Origin: an uncultured Acidobacteriota bacterium
GTDB taxonomy: Bacteria > Acidobacteriota > Terriglobia > Versatilivoradales > Versatilivoraceae
Reading direction: 5' to 3'
DNA: 64,000 nucleotides
NCBI GenBank assembly: GCA_964462735.1
Contig: CAYWYX010000001.1
Location: 4,539 to 68,538 of the forward strand
The notes beneath the pieces are model-generated. The model worked only from the letters and a program-made list of their open reading frames with translations, was not told the DNA's origin and did not search any database. Numbering within the stretch: position 1 is the first letter of the stretch; the number at the start of each line of letters is the position of its first letter. This document shows, piece by piece, positions 1-10,622 of the stretch. The position numbers were made by a program, and so were the translations under genes.

Positions 1-361
1 AAATTTAATTTGTGTTTTGGAAGAAGCCCATAACATCATTGCTGTAGAAAAGACTAGAGAATATAAAGGTCTTTACCATGTGTTATTAGGAGTTCTTTCT
101 CCTTTGAATCGGATTGGTCCTGAACAGTTAAAGATCAAAGAACTATTAGAACGTTTAAAAAACGGAGAAGTAAAAGAAATAATTATTGCTACTAATCCTA
201 GTGTAGAAGGTGAAGCTACGGCTTTATACCTGTCAAGATTGATCAAACCGTTTCAGGTTAGGGTGACTCGAATAGCTATGGGAGTGCCAGTGGGGAGTGA
301 TTTAGATTATGCAGATGCAATTACCATGTCGAAAGCTTTAGAAGGCCGTCGGGATCTTTAA
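1..361 (+). CDS. recR: Recombination protein RecR, C-terminal part (5' end lies outside the window)
   Basis: The translation [21 protein letters not shown]...[14 protein letters not shown]...[16 protein letters not shown] matches the RecR Toprim/C-terminal consensus. The frame is open to the window edge. Confidence 0.8.
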   Translation, partial: NLICVLEEAHNIIAVEKTREYKGLYHVLLGVLSPLNRIGPEQLKIKELLERLKNGEVKEIIIATNPSVEGEATALYLSRLIKPFQVRVTRIAMGVPVGSDLDYADAITMSKALEGRRDL

Positions 362-393
362 TTAGTGATGAAAATGTTCTTTTCGGATTAACA

Positions 394-1134
394 ATGGAAA
401 TCAAGGGACGAATTGCTTGTATTACAGGTACTAAGAGAATTGGTGGTACAGTTGGCTTTGAACTAGCAGAAAAAGGAGCTAAAGTTGCACTCATATATAA
501 TCGTTCTAAACAAGAGGCTGAAACAGTCGCAAAAGAAATTCGTGCAATTGGTAAAGACGCTATCACTATACAGGCTGACCTAGCGCAAGCAATTCAGGTC
601 AAGTTGATGGTAAGTCAGGTGATAAAGATATGGGGAGGAATCGATTTTTTAATTAATTTAGCTTCGATTTATACCTCTAGTCCTTTACTAGAAATAACAG
701 AAGATGACTGGGACAATAACATGAATATTAATCTTCGAAGTGCTTTTTTCTGTGCTCAGGCAGTTGCGCCTGCAATGCGTTTAAGAGGGGGAGGGCGCAT
801 TATTAACTGTACTGATTGGACTGCTGCAAGTAATCGTCCTCGTTACAGAGGTTATATACCTTACTATGTTTCAAAAATAGGGATAATAGGACTTACTGAG
901 TCCCTAGCCTTAGAGATGGCACCTGACAATATTCTTGTTAATGCTATAGCACCAGGCCCAATTGTTCCTCCTCCAGATTTATCTCAAGAAAAAATCAAGA
1001 AAGTACAAGAAAATACTCCGTTAGGCCGTTGGGGAGGAGCTGAAGAAATTGCTAAGGTTGTTCTGAATCTTGTTGAGAGTGATTTTATAACGGGAGAATG
1101 TATTCGAGTGGATGGTGGTCGTCATATCTTTTGA
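394..1134 (+). CDS. Short-chain dehydrogenase/reductase (SDR) family oxidoreductase
   Basis: N-terminal Rossmann motif ITGTKRIGG, catalytic YxxxK (YYVSKIGIIG) and the NAIAPGPI motif. Length 246 aa. Confidence 0.75.
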   Translation: MEIKGRIACITGTKRIGGTVGFELAEKGAKVALIYNRSKQEAETVAKEIRAIGKDAITIQADLAQAIQVKLMVSQVIKIWGGIDFLINLASIYTSSPLLEITEDDWDNNMNINLRSAFFCAQAVAPAMRLRGGGRIINCTDWTAASNRPRYRGYIPYYVSKIGIIGLTESLALEMAPDNILVNAIAPGPIVPPPDLSQEKIKKVQENTPLGRWGGAEEIAKVVLNLVESDFITGECIRVDGGRHIF

Positions 1135-1224
1135 TACGTCCTAGCAATAACTGAAAGCATAACTACTCAGGAACAACGAATAGATTTGTTACCTAAATTC
1201 CCCATTAATCGCTAGTATTCATTT

Positions 1225-2091
1225 ATGATCCTATTTAACAAAACTTTTTCTTGGTTAGTATTAAACAAGTTAATTCTATGGCCCGTCGCACTCAGGATTG
1301 GATTTCTAGTTAGCTTGACATCAAGCAGCATTTGCCTGCAAGTAATAGGTACGACATTAAAGATCTCAAAAACTGAAAAGTCTACACCTCCTTTGGAGCA
1401 ACAGACGAATACCAATGTTGATATAAGACCTTTTAAATTAGGTGAAAAACTGGTTTATCGTATTTCTTATTTAGAAACAATCGAGGCTGGTACTGCACAT
1501 CTAGATGTGAGTTCAGGAGGATCAAAGCATTCCAATTTTTTTCGTTTGCGGTTAAAAGCCAGAACTAGTTCAGCAATTAATTCAATATATCAATTAAATT
1601 TGGAGTATTTATCTATTTTCGACCTACAATCAGGATCAAGTCGAGAATATCGTAAATATTTAAGAGAAACAAAAAAAATTGTTAGGGAAAGCATGACCTT
1701 TAATCCTCAACAAGGTGTAGCAACACTTGTGAACAAAAAAAAGGAATTAAAAAGAATTCCTGTTGAACTAGGCACACAAGACCCAATATCGGCACTATAT
1801 TTTCTTCGAACGCTCCAATTGAAACCTGGATTGCGTATCATTATCCCGGTTATTGAGGGGGAAAGAATATATCAAGTTCACATCAAGGTACTTGAAAATG
1901 AGTTAATCTCGAATAGTATTGGTGGGTTTTTAGCCCATAGGGTCGAAGCAGTAATCAAACTAGGCCAAAAGTTTTTAGATAATAAAAAAATGACTTTCTG
2001 GTTTACCCGAGATCACCGAAAAATTCCTATTCTAGCATCTGTCTCTCTTCCATTCGGATCGGTACTCATAGAATTGGTTGCAATGACCTAA
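1225..2091 (+). CDS. Hypothetical secreted/envelope protein (DUF3108-like, tentative)
   Basis: Hydrophobic N-terminus. No catalytic motifs. The pattern resembles DUF3108-type proteins from memory only. Confidence 0.4.
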   Translation: MILFNKTFSWLVLNKLILWPVALRIGFLVSLTSSSICLQVIGTTLKISKTEKSTPPLEQQTNTNVDIRPFKLGEKLVYRISYLETIEAGTAHLDVSSGGSKHSNFFRLRLKARTSSAINSIYQLNLEYLSIFDLQSGSSREYRKYLRETKKIVRESMTFNPQQGVATLVNKKKELKRIPVELGTQDPISALYFLRTLQLKPGLRIIIPVIEGERIYQVHIKVLENELISNSIGGFLAHRVEAVIKLGQKFLDNKKMTFWFTRDHRKIPILASVSLPFGSVLIELVAMT

Positions 2092-2134
2092 TCTTTTTTA
2101 TAGTGGTGTTAGAAATACTCTTAAATTTAGGCTA

Positions 2135-3079
2135 ATGAAGCTAATCATACAAATTCCTTGTTTTAATGAAGAAAATGCTCTTCCAATAGCCCTCAGTAAT
2201 TTACCTAAATCTGTAAAAGGTGTAGGAATTATAGAAACTCTTGTAATTGATGACGGCTCTTCCGATAGAACTGTTGAAGTCGCTCGTGATTTTGGAGTAA
2301 ACCATATTGTAGAACTCGGTCACCATCAAGGTTTAGCGGCTGCTTTTCGAGTGGGTCTTGATGAAAGCCTAAGTCTGGGTGCTGACATCATCGTGAACAC
2401 TGATGGAGATAATCAATACTGTGGATCTGATATCGAATCTCTAATTCATCCAATTATTTATAATCAAGTTGATTTGGTAGTAGGTTCCCGAGATATTAGT
2501 AATATCCTTTACTTTTCTTGGACAAAAAAACAGATTCAGAAAATAGGTAGTTGGTTTGTTCGCTCAATGGCTCACTCGACGATTGTCGATACCACTAGTG
2601 GTTTTCGAGCCTATAGTCGAAAGGCGGCAATGCGAACTATTGTACACAGTAGGTTCTCATATACTTTGGAAACTGTAATTCAAGCTGGCTATAGCCAACT
2701 TAGAGTCGCCACTATTCCTGTTAGGACAAATGAGAAACTAAGAGAATCACGTTTAGCTAGTTCAAGTTGGACCTATTTAAAGAAATCAATACCTACCATC
2801 CTTAGAATTTATACGATGTACAATCCCTTGAAGGTTTTCTTTTTTTTGGGACTAACTAGTTTGATGCTGGGATTTCTTTTAGGAATTCGATACTTATATT
2901 TTTTTATTCTAGAAATGTCTAGTGGGCATATTCAATCATTAATCTTAGCTTCAATCATGATAATAATTGGGGTTCAAATTATATTTATTGGCTTAGTCAG
3001 TGACCTCATTGCTGCTAATAGGCGTCTCAATGAGGAAGTCCTATATCGCATTAAAAAGTTAGAGTTAGATAAAAAGTAA
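2135..3079 (+). CDS. Family 2 glycosyltransferase (polyprenyl-phosphate sugar transferase-like, ArnC/GtrB/DPM1 type)
   Basis: IQIPCFNEE...VIDDGSSD...NTDGDNQY matches the GT2 DxD-type fold. A C-terminal pair of TM helices is typical of polyprenyl-P glycosyltransferases. Confidence 0.8.
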   Translation: MKLIIQIPCFNEENALPIALSNLPKSVKGVGIIETLVIDDGSSDRTVEVARDFGVNHIVELGHHQGLAAAFRVGLDESLSLGADIIVNTDGDNQYCGSDIESLIHPIIYNQVDLVVGSRDISNILYFSWTKKQIQKIGSWFVRSMAHSTIVDTTSGFRAYSRKAAMRTIVHSRFSYTLETVIQAGYSQLRVATIPVRTNEKLRESRLASSSWTYLKKSIPTILRIYTMYNPLKVFFFLGLTSLMLGFLLGIRYLYFFILEMSSGHIQSLILASIMIIIGVQIIFIGLVSDLIAANRRLNEEVLYRIKKLELDKK

Positions 3080-3138
3080 AGTCTCAGTTTCAACTATACA
3101 ACGCATATAGATTTCTCACCATTTGAGAATCAAAAATC

Positions 3139-4302
3139 ATGAAAATTTCTGTGATTGGGCCAACCTACCCTTTTCGGGGAGGTATTTCGCAATATACTTC
3201 ACTATTAGTTAAGAATTTACGTCAACAACAAGATGACGTCCAATTTCTTTCGTTCTCAAGGCAATACCCTTCTTGGTTGTACCCTGGCAGTAGTGACAAG
3301 GATCCTAGCTCTAGCATGATCACTTTTGAGGAACCGGATGTTGTTTTTGATGCTATTAATCCCATAGCGTGGTGGAATCTTTCAAAGGCCATTTGGGATC
3401 ACAAGTCAGCCCTAGTAATCCTTCCTTGGACAGTTGCTTATTGGGTACCTTACTATTATATATTCTTGAAGTCCTTACACATTCATGCTGAGACACAATC
3501 TTTATTTATTTGCCACAATGTTTTTGAGCATGAAAGTACATGGTTAAAAAACAGACTTTCAAGACAGGTACTAGCTCTAGGAAATTTCTTTATAACCCAG
3601 TCTCATTGGGACAAGGCTAATCTTCTTAACTGGATTGGTTATCAGCGACAGGAACAGATAAGGGTTTCTCCTCATCCTATATATGACCACTTAACCTCAG
3701 CAGGCGTGGAAAAGGTAAGTGCTCGTGTTAAGTTGAAATTGAAATCAGAGAGAATTTTACTTTTCTTTGGTTTTATCCGAGAGTATAAGGGTCTTCGTTT
3801 TTTGCTTGAGAGTATTCCTCTTATTCTCAAGCACTTCCCTATTCATCTAATTATTGCTGGGGAGGCCTGGGATGATGTTGAGAGGTACAAAAAAATTATT
3901 CAGACTTTAAATCTTAAGGACAAGGTATCTTTCCATAATCATTACATTCCTAATGAGGACGTCTCCAGTTATTTTGTTGCAGCTGATTTGGTGGTTGTTC
4001 CTTATACCAGTGCTTCCCAGAGTGGAATCATTCAGTTAGCCTATGGATTTCAAAGACCCGTAATTGTAAGCAAAGTAGGTGGCCTTCCTGAAGTAGTTTT
4101 ACCTGAAAAAACTGGCTATATAGTGGAACCGGGAAGTCCTTCCCAAATTGCTAATTCAGTGATTCATTTTTTTTCAACTGGACAAGAATCAGTTATGTTA
4201 AAGCATATTGAAGCAAAACAAAAAATTCATTCATGGTTGGAAATGGTTAAAACTATCAAAGAAATTGGCCAGGTTAGTCTGACTAAAAGGCAATTGCCAT
4301 GA
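3139..4302 (+). CDS. Family 1/4 glycosyltransferase (GT-B fold)
   Basis: C-terminal GT4 signature: FGFIREYKG...LIIAGEAWD...VVVPY...SGIIQLAYGFQRPVIVSKVGGLPEVV. Confidence 0.75.
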   Translation: MKISVIGPTYPFRGGISQYTSLLVKNLRQQQDDVQFLSFSRQYPSWLYPGSSDKDPSSSMITFEEPDVVFDAINPIAWWNLSKAIWDHKSALVILPWTVAYWVPYYYIFLKSLHIHAETQSLFICHNVFEHESTWLKNRLSRQVLALGNFFITQSHWDKANLLNWIGYQRQEQIRVSPHPIYDHLTSAGVEKVSARVKLKLKSERILLFFGFIREYKGLRFLLESIPLILKHFPIHLIIAGEAWDDVERYKKIIQTLNLKDKVSFHNHYIPNEDVSSYFVAADLVVVPYTSASQSGIIQLAYGFQRPVIVSKVGGLPEVVLPEKTGYIVEPGSPSQIANSVIHFFSTGQESVMLKHIEAKQKIHSWLEMVKTIKEIGQVSLTKRQLP

Positions 4303-5066
4303 GTGGGACTGATTCATTCCTAAATCGTTTTGACTTTAAGGATGAGTACCTGGCATCTCGAAGTGCCAAAGCAGAAAAAATTCTGAAAGTCCTAAAAAGA
4401 AATTCGGCGTTCATTAATTCCACAGCTCTTTTAGATGTTGGCTGCAGTCAGGGACACATAACTCGAATTGTAGGACAAAGGTTTAAGTTGGCTGTGGGGG
4501 TTGACAGGGAGCAGACAATAGAGCGTCAACCAGAATTTTATTTTGTACGTGCAAATGGTTGTAAACTGCCTCTTAAATCCTGTATGTTTGACGTAGTGTT
4601 ATTGAACCATGTTTTAGAACATGTATCAGATCAAGAAAGTTTACTAAATGAGACCCTTCGTGTGCTTAGACCAGGAGGAATTTGTTACCTTGCGACACCT
4701 AATCGCTACTGTATTATAGAACCCCACTATCGTTTACCTTTCCTTTCCTGGTTGCCGCGACATTTGGCTAATGTTTATGTTCGTCTGACTGGCCATGGTT
4801 CTAGTTATCTTGACTATCTACCTACTCAAAGGGAGTTAAGAAGATTAACTCAGCGTTTCCAAGTTTCAGATCAGACCAATCTGATTTTGTCTGAGCCAGA
4901 ATTCTTTTTTGATTCTGATCCTGATCTTCAAAAATTAACTTGGTTTCTTCGTCTAATTCCTTTCTCATTATTAAAGTTATTGATGCCATTTTTCCCAGTC
5001 TATGTACTAATTCTAAAGAGGAATAGAGCTGGAGGACCTAGTTTGGTTTCTAAAAAGGAGTCTTAG
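4299..5066 (+). CDS. Class I SAM-dependent methyltransferase
   Basis: Motif I LLDVGCSQG and motif post-I/II LNHVLEHV...LRPGGICYL. It overlaps the preceding GT stop by 4 nt. Confidence 0.7.
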   Translation: MSGTDSFLNRFDFKDEYLASRSAKAEKILKVLKRNSAFINSTALLDVGCSQGHITRIVGQRFKLAVGVDREQTIERQPEFYFVRANGCKLPLKSCMFDVVLLNHVLEHVSDQESLLNETLRVLRPGGICYLATPNRYCIIEPHYRLPFLSWLPRHLANVYVRLTGHGSSYLDYLPTQRELRRLTQRFQVSDQTNLILSEPEFFFDSDPDLQKLTWFLRLIPFSLLKLLMPFFPVYVLILKRNRAGGPSLVSKKES

Positions 5067-5071
5067 GATAT

Positions 5072-5866
5072 TTGAGTAATCAATTCAACCCTACTCTTGC
5101 ATACCTTTATCGACGCTGGTTAGTTCGCCAATTAATAAAAGAAATTCCAAAGGGAAGATTTTTAGAAGTTGGGATTGGAAGTGGTAATCTATATATAGAA
5201 CTTTTGGTTAGTGGATCTACAGGACTTTGCGTTGATTTCAACAGAACTTTAGTTGAGGCGCATCAGTGCCAAAAAACTGAATCAGATGAAGTTGAGTTCA
5301 AAGCTATGGATTTCTTTGACTTGAATGGGCTGTTTGATTTGGTGCTAGCTTTTGAGGTTCTGGAACATTATGAAGAAGACCTAAAATGTTTGGAGCGATT
5401 TTGGGAATTATTAAAACCAAACGGCTTACTATTAATTTCAGTCCCAGCTCATGGTCATCGTTGGACTTCTAATGACACTGCAGCTGGTCATGCAAGACGA
5501 TATGAGAAGGTTGAAATAATTAGGAAAATTGAATTATCTGGGTTTAAAGTTAAAAGTTGTTGGTGTTATGGATTTCCCGTTTTAAATTGGACCTATCCTC
5601 TTTCATCTGCACTATTTCCTAACAGGAAAAGGGGAACATTCCCCAAAGGATCTACTCAAGGGGTTAGTATTACTTCTCGAACCTTAATGAATTATGAGAA
5701 GACTTATCAAAGTGGCACCCGTATTTTCGTTAGATTTTCAAAATGGTTGTTAAAAGAGTGGCTTTGGTTACCTTTGTTACAAATGCAATGGCCAACATTA
5801 AATCGAGATATAGGAATTGGTTATATTATTAAATGTCAAAAAATTAATTCAAAGGATTACAGATAA
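5072..5866 (+). CDS. Class I SAM-dependent methyltransferase (second, paralogous to the first)
   Basis: FLEVGIGSGN...AFEVLEHYEED...LKPNGLLLISVP. TTG start with an AAAGGAG RBS 11 nt upstream. Confidence 0.7.
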   Translation: MSNQFNPTLAYLYRRWLVRQLIKEIPKGRFLEVGIGSGNLYIELLVSGSTGLCVDFNRTLVEAHQCQKTESDEVEFKAMDFFDLNGLFDLVLAFEVLEHYEEDLKCLERFWELLKPNGLLLISVPAHGHRWTSNDTAAGHARRYEKVEIIRKIELSGFKVKSCWCYGFPVLNWTYPLSSALFPNRKRGTFPKGSTQGVSITSRTLMNYEKTYQSGTRIFVRFSKWLLKEWLWLPLLQMQWPTLNRDIGIGYIIKCQKINSKDYR

Positions 5867-5997
5867 AAATTAATCTTTGGAAGATTTGTTAATCTAAGGT
5901 GTCTTAAATAACCTTGAAGAGGTTCCCTTTTTTGAATAAATTCAAACTATAAATAAATGTTTGCCTGATATTTTTAACTTTGAAGCAAACTTTTTCA

Positions 5998-6031
5998 TAC
6001 AGAGAAAATCCCTCTGTATTTTACTTTGTTT
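5998..6031 (+). terminator. Putative intrinsic terminator after the glycosyltransferase/methyltransferase operon
   Basis: 7-bp inverted repeat TACAGAG-aaaatcc-CTCTGTA followed by TTTTACTTTGTTT. Confidence 0.4.
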
Positions 6032-6129
6032 CAAGATCACCAGTTTTGATTAGGACTTGTAAAATAAATACCTCAAAAATTTTACTCGGAATCCAAATGT
6101 TATGATGTAGTGTTTGAAGGGAGGTATTA

Positions 6130-6558
6130 TTGAGGAGTATGGGCTTAGACATTGGGGAAGTCAGAATTGGCATTGCACTGAGTGATGAAACGGGTCTTAT
6201 TGCTCAGGGGTTGTCGATGCTTACGCGGAAAGGTTGGGAAAAAGATTTACAGTATTTGGTTGAATCATCAAATAAATATGAGGTAAATCAGTTTGTAATT
6301 GGATATCCACTAAACCTAGATGGATTGCCTGGGAAGCAGGCCCAAAAAGTCTCAGATTTTGCCTCCTGTCTAAAAGAGGTGACTCCTCTGACAGTTATTC
6401 TATGGGATGAAAGATTTACTTCTCTTTCAGCTGAAAGAATTCTTATTGAGGGAGGCGTGCGCAGAGCTAAGCGAAAGAAAGTTATCGATCAAATGTCTGC
6501 AAGCATAATGTTACAAAGTTATCTCGATTCTCAAAACATTAACGATTTAAATAGCTAA
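6130..6558 (+). CDS. ruvX: Putative pre-16S rRNA nuclease / Holliday-junction resolvase-like YqgF (RuvX)
   Basis: GLDIGEVRIGIALSDETG...VIGYPLNLDG...SAERIL is the RNase H-like YqgF signature. GGGAGG RBS lies upstream of a TTG start; an ATG at 6139 is an alternative start. Confidence 0.8.
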   Translation: MRSMGLDIGEVRIGIALSDETGLIAQGLSMLTRKGWEKDLQYLVESSNKYEVNQFVIGYPLNLDGLPGKQAQKVSDFASCLKEVTPLTVILWDERFTSLSAERILIEGGVRRAKRKKVIDQMSASIMLQSYLDSQNINDLNS

Positions 6559-6587
6559 TTAACTAGTTTTAAAGAGAAAACTCAATA

Positions 6588-7595
6588 ATGAAACCGTGGA
6601 TTGGTTTTGTTCTTTTACTTGCCATTGCCTTAACTGGATTTATTGTCTCTACTTGGATAAATCCATATAAAAACTATTCAGAGATGGAGAAGATTGTATT
6701 AATTAATCCTGGCACCTCTAGTCTTGAAATTGCTCATCAATTGGAAAAAGCTGGTGTAATTAGCCACCGATTCCATTTCCTGACTTATTTCAAAACCATG
6801 AGGTGGTCTAGACCGCTACAGGCTGGAGAGTACTTGTTTAAAAATCCTCTAACTATATATGAAGTAGCTGATCATCTTATTGAAGGAAGGGTTAACTATC
6901 ACGAACTAACTATTCCTGAAGGCTTGTCTTTGTTTGAAATCCCAGGTCTATTAGAGAAAGCTGGGTTCCCTAAAGCTAAGAATATTTGTGGGATACTTAA
7001 CAATACAGGTTTAATAGCTGACTTGGTGCCTAATGCTAAGAATTTAGAAGGATTCTTGTTTCCGGATACCTATCGGTGGACTAGGAGTACCTCAGCTGAG
7101 GATCTAATTATTAAAATGATAAAACGTTTTCGCCAGGTACTCTCAACCCACCTGTTGGCTCAAATCCCTCAGTCCTCTTTGAATTTAATGCAGATTGTGA
7201 CTTTAGCCTCACTAATTGAGACAGAGGCTTCCTTAAATTTTGAACGGCCAATAGTATCTGCAGTGTTCCATAACCGTTTGAATAAAGTCATCCGATTACA
7301 GTCAGATCCTACGGTGATTTATGCAGCTAAACAAAGGGGTATATTCCGAGGAAGAATTTTTCAGTCTGACTTAGACTTTAAATCTCCTTACAATACCTAT
7401 AGTACAATGGGCCTTCCACCAGGACCTATTGCTAGTCCTGGTCTTGAGTCTTTAAAAGCTGCTTTAAACCCTGCTGATGTCAATTACCTCTATTTTGTTA
7501 GTAACAACCAAGGAGGTCATATTTTTTCCCGGACTTTTCGTGAACACCAAAAAGCAGTGATAACTTATCGTCGTGGGCGACAAAAGAAAAAGTAA
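6588..7595 (+). CDS. mltG: Endolytic murein transglycosylase MltG (YceG family)
   Basis: N-terminal TM helix, then the YceG-like domain (LTIPEGLSLFEI, FLFPDTYRW). Conserved ruvX-mltG pairing. Confidence 0.8.
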   Translation: MKPWIGFVLLLAIALTGFIVSTWINPYKNYSEMEKIVLINPGTSSLEIAHQLEKAGVISHRFHFLTYFKTMRWSRPLQAGEYLFKNPLTIYEVADHLIEGRVNYHELTIPEGLSLFEIPGLLEKAGFPKAKNICGILNNTGLIADLVPNAKNLEGFLFPDTYRWTRSTSAEDLIIKMIKRFRQVLSTHLLAQIPQSSLNLMQIVTLASLIETEASLNFERPIVSAVFHNRLNKVIRLQSDPTVIYAAKQRGIFRGRIFQSDLDFKSPYNTYSTMGLPPGPIASPGLESLKAALNPADVNYLYFVSNNQGGHIFSRTFREHQKAVITYRRGRQKKK

Positions 7596-7655
7596 TCCGC
7601 ACAAATTAAAATAGTTAGATTCTGTAACTTCTCATAGTTTCATGCAAAAAAGTAA

Positions 7656-10622
7656 ATGCCCTTAACTAAAAACTGCAAGAAGATGATTCTGCTATATTTT
7701 TGGACAATAATTCTATCGGTGCTGTCAGTGATGGGAGTGGTTCATTTGTCAGTGGATTCTAGTTTTTTAGCTAATCAGTTGGAGGTGAACCTTCCGATAA
7801 TAAATAAGCAGTTTAAGGACATGAAACTAAATGTTGTGGAAACCTATTTAGAGAACGGTTTAAAGATTATATTAAAGGAGGACCATTCGCTACCTCTAGT
7901 AACTGTAGGGTGTTGGTACCGCATTGGATCTCAAGTGGCAGGTAGAAGATCTACAGGTATATCCCATTTTGTAGAACACATGACTTTCAAAGGTTCTGAA
8001 CAATTATTACGGAAAAATAAACAAGGGATTTCTGAATACAGTGCCATATATCCAAACGGCTATACCTTTCTTGATCAGACAGGTTATTTTTCAACAATCG
8101 TAAATAGTAAGTTAGAAAGTGTCCTTAAGTTGGAAGCCTACCGGATGCAACTTGGCAAGTTCGACCACTTACAGGTTAATAATGAACGTCGCCTTATAAT
8201 GTCTGAACTGAGGGCAAGTGACCGAAATCCCAAAATTGCTTTAGACCAGAATGTTGTTGCAGCTGCTTTTAAATTGCATCCATATCGTTGGCCTATTTTG
8301 GGTTGGCCACAAGATGTTCAGCAGTTAGATACCATTAAGATTTCTAAACATTATTCTGATTACTACTCTCCAAACAATGCGATTCTTGTAATAGTTGGTG
8401 ATTTTAAAACTAAAGATGTTTTGTCTTTAATTAATCAGTTTTTTGGTCCGATATCTAGGAAATTGTTACCTTCTTTAACACCTGTTTTCGAGCCGGAGCA
8501 AGAGGGAGAAAAAAGACTTAGAATTACTCGTCCAGGAAAAGTTTCATACATCCAACTTGCCTATCATAGTCCTGATATTCTAAATGACGATTTTTATGTT
8601 TTGTTGGTTATTGATGCGTTGCTTTGTGGTGCAAAAGGGTTAAATGTATGGTCTGGTCCATGGAATGATAATGCTCTCAGAACCTCCCGTCTATACCAAT
8701 CATTAATAGATACCCAATTGGTTACCCATGTAAACTCTAGTCTTGTGCCCACTCGAGAACCATATCTCTATAAATTGTCATTGACCCTTCCTGATTCGTC
8801 TCACTTGAGGCTAACTGAGGACACAGTGGACTTTGAATTAGAAAACATGAAGAATGTAGCAGTATCTGATAGTGACTTATATCGTTCTAAGAATCAGTTG
8901 TGGACACGTTTTTATTTAGACCAAAATAGTTTTTATAAGATTGCCCATCAACTTGGTTATTTCGAATCTATTGCTAGCTTTACAATATTGGAAAACTTTG
9001 CTGAAAAAATTAAGAGAGTAACTAAGTTAGATATCCAACGTGTGGCAAGAAAGGTTTTCAAAAAAAAATCTCGAACCATTGGTTGGTTTGTACCAGAGTT
9101 TCCAAAGAATAATGTTGAAGTAGAGGATTTGTCAGCATGGAGAAATAAATTTGATCCGAAGAAGTTAAGTTCTGACAATGAACTAGTGTCTTCAAAGGTT
9201 TTTGAAAGTCTGGACAAAAGGAGCTTGAAACATCACCCTCAAGTTGCTGGATGGTCTTTTTCAGGTGAAGGGGTTCATAACAATTCAGCAGATGCCCATC
9301 CTACATCTGAGATCAGTAATGACAAAATAATGGATCCCGCACAATCTATAGCTTCTTCTTGGAATGCTAAGCGTCAAGTTTTTCCAAATGGTGTTGTTGT
9401 TTTAACCTCCCATAATCCAGCATATAATTCTTTTAGTTTAAAGTTGGTTGTTAAGGGTGGAGCTTTTAGGGATCCAGATAACCAAGCTGGTTTAGCTAAT
9501 TTGACTGGTCGAATGGTTCCGAGTGGTTCAAAAAATTCCTTTTTGCCAGTTCATAAGATGGAGTCATTAGGCTTATTCCTACAAACAAAAACCAATTATT
9601 TTTCAACAACTTTTGAGCTTCAAGGGCTTAAGGAAAATCTCCCAAAAGCTATAGAGTTAATAGCCTTGATGGTTCGGAATGCGAATTTTTCTACGGAAGA
9701 ATTTGATAAAGAAAAAGAAATAGTTCTTAATGAACTGCTTCAAGAAAATGTGAATGATAAGCAGATAGTGGAACTATTGCTCCGGCAGAACATTTTTCCA
9801 AGAGGACATACCTTTAGACGATCTTTTAAAGGAAATACTGAAAGTGTTGGAATTCTTTTAAAATCAGATCTTGATCATTTTTATCGAAAGTTTTATCAGC
9901 CAGATCAGTTAATTCTTGCCATTTCTTCTGGTTACCAAGTTGATAGAATAATGTTATTAACTCAAAAGTATTTTGGTGATTGGAAAAATGATGGACTAGT
10001 TGAGCCTGTGGTAATTAACTCAGTAACAACGGGTCTTAAACATGCTCCTCAATTTATCCCAGTTAAAAACAAATCCTTGTGCAAACTTGTATACGGTTTT
10101 CCTGGAGTGTTAAGGAATGAGTCTGACTATTTTCCCCTGTTGCTCCTTTCTCATATCCTCAATCTTGAAGGTAGAGAGGGAGGTCGAATTCGAGGTCAGA
10201 ATGAATTTATTTCTAGTGGCTTTCTATCATTAGAGACTGTTTTGAGAAATGGACTATTTATGATCCAGATTGGTATTGTTCCTGATCAAATAGAGTCATC
10301 ATTGAAATTTCTGAAAGAAAGAATTGAAATTATAAAAGACCAAGGATTTACTCCAAAAGAACTGGAATTTTCAAAAAATGTTCTTCTCAACTCCTTGTTA
10401 ATTAAGCTTAGTTCAAATGTCGGAATTACTGATTCCATGATTGATGCTGAATGGATGGGGTTAGAGAAGAATAGTTTAGAGAAATTAATTCAGCTTATTA
10501 GAAGTATTACTCTAGAACAGTTAATCGATATTGCACGTACCCGCCTTTTTTTTGATCAGGCTAGTTTAGTCAGAGTAGGATCTTCTTGTTCATCAATTAG
10601 TACTGATCTTAAGGTGAACTAA
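7656..10622 (+). CDS. M16 family zinc metallopeptidase (insulinase-like, duplicated M16 halves, ~988 aa), secreted
   Basis: Inverted zinc motif HFVEHMTFKGSE (HxxEH). Two M16 + M16_C repeats. N-terminal signal/TM. Confidence 0.8.
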   Translation: MPLTKNCKKMILLYFWTIILSVLSVMGVVHLSVDSSFLANQLEVNLPIINKQFKDMKLNVVETYLENGLKIILKEDHSLPLVTVGCWYRIGSQVAGRRSTGISHFVEHMTFKGSEQLLRKNKQGISEYSAIYPNGYTFLDQTGYFSTIVNSKLESVLKLEAYRMQLGKFDHLQVNNERRLIMSELRASDRNPKIALDQNVVAAAFKLHPYRWPILGWPQDVQQLDTIKISKHYSDYYSPNNAILVIVGDFKTKDVLSLINQFFGPISRKLLPSLTPVFEPEQEGEKRLRITRPGKVSYIQLAYHSPDILNDDFYVLLVIDALLCGAKGLNVWSGPWNDNALRTSRLYQSLIDTQLVTHVNSSLVPTREPYLYKLSLTLPDSSHLRLTEDTVDFELENMKNVAVSDSDLYRSKNQLWTRFYLDQNSFYKIAHQLGYFESIASFTILENFAEKIKRVTKLDIQRVARKVFKKKSRTIGWFVPEFPKNNVEVEDLSAWRNKFDPKKLSSDNELVSSKVFESLDKRSLKHHPQVAGWSFSGEGVHNNSADAHPTSEISNDKIMDPAQSIASSWNAKRQVFPNGVVVLTSHNPAYNSFSLKLVVKGGAFRDPDNQAGLANLTGRMVPSGSKNSFLPVHKMESLGLFLQTKTNYFSTTFELQGLKENLPKAIELIALMVRNANFSTEEFDKEKEIVLNELLQENVNDKQIVELLLRQNIFPRGHTFRRSFKGNTESVGILLKSDLDHFYRKFYQPDQLILAISSGYQVDRIMLLTQKYFGDWKNDGLVEPVVINSVTTGLKHAPQFIPVKNKSLCKLVYGFPGVLRNESDYFPLLLLSHILNLEGREGGRIRGQNEFISSGFLSLETVLRNGLFMIQIGIVPDQIESSLKFLKERIEIIKDQGFTPKELEFSKNVLLNSLLIKLSSNVGITDSMIDAEWMGLEKNSLEKLIQLIRSITLEQLIDIARTRLFFDQASLVRVGSSCSSISTDLKVN

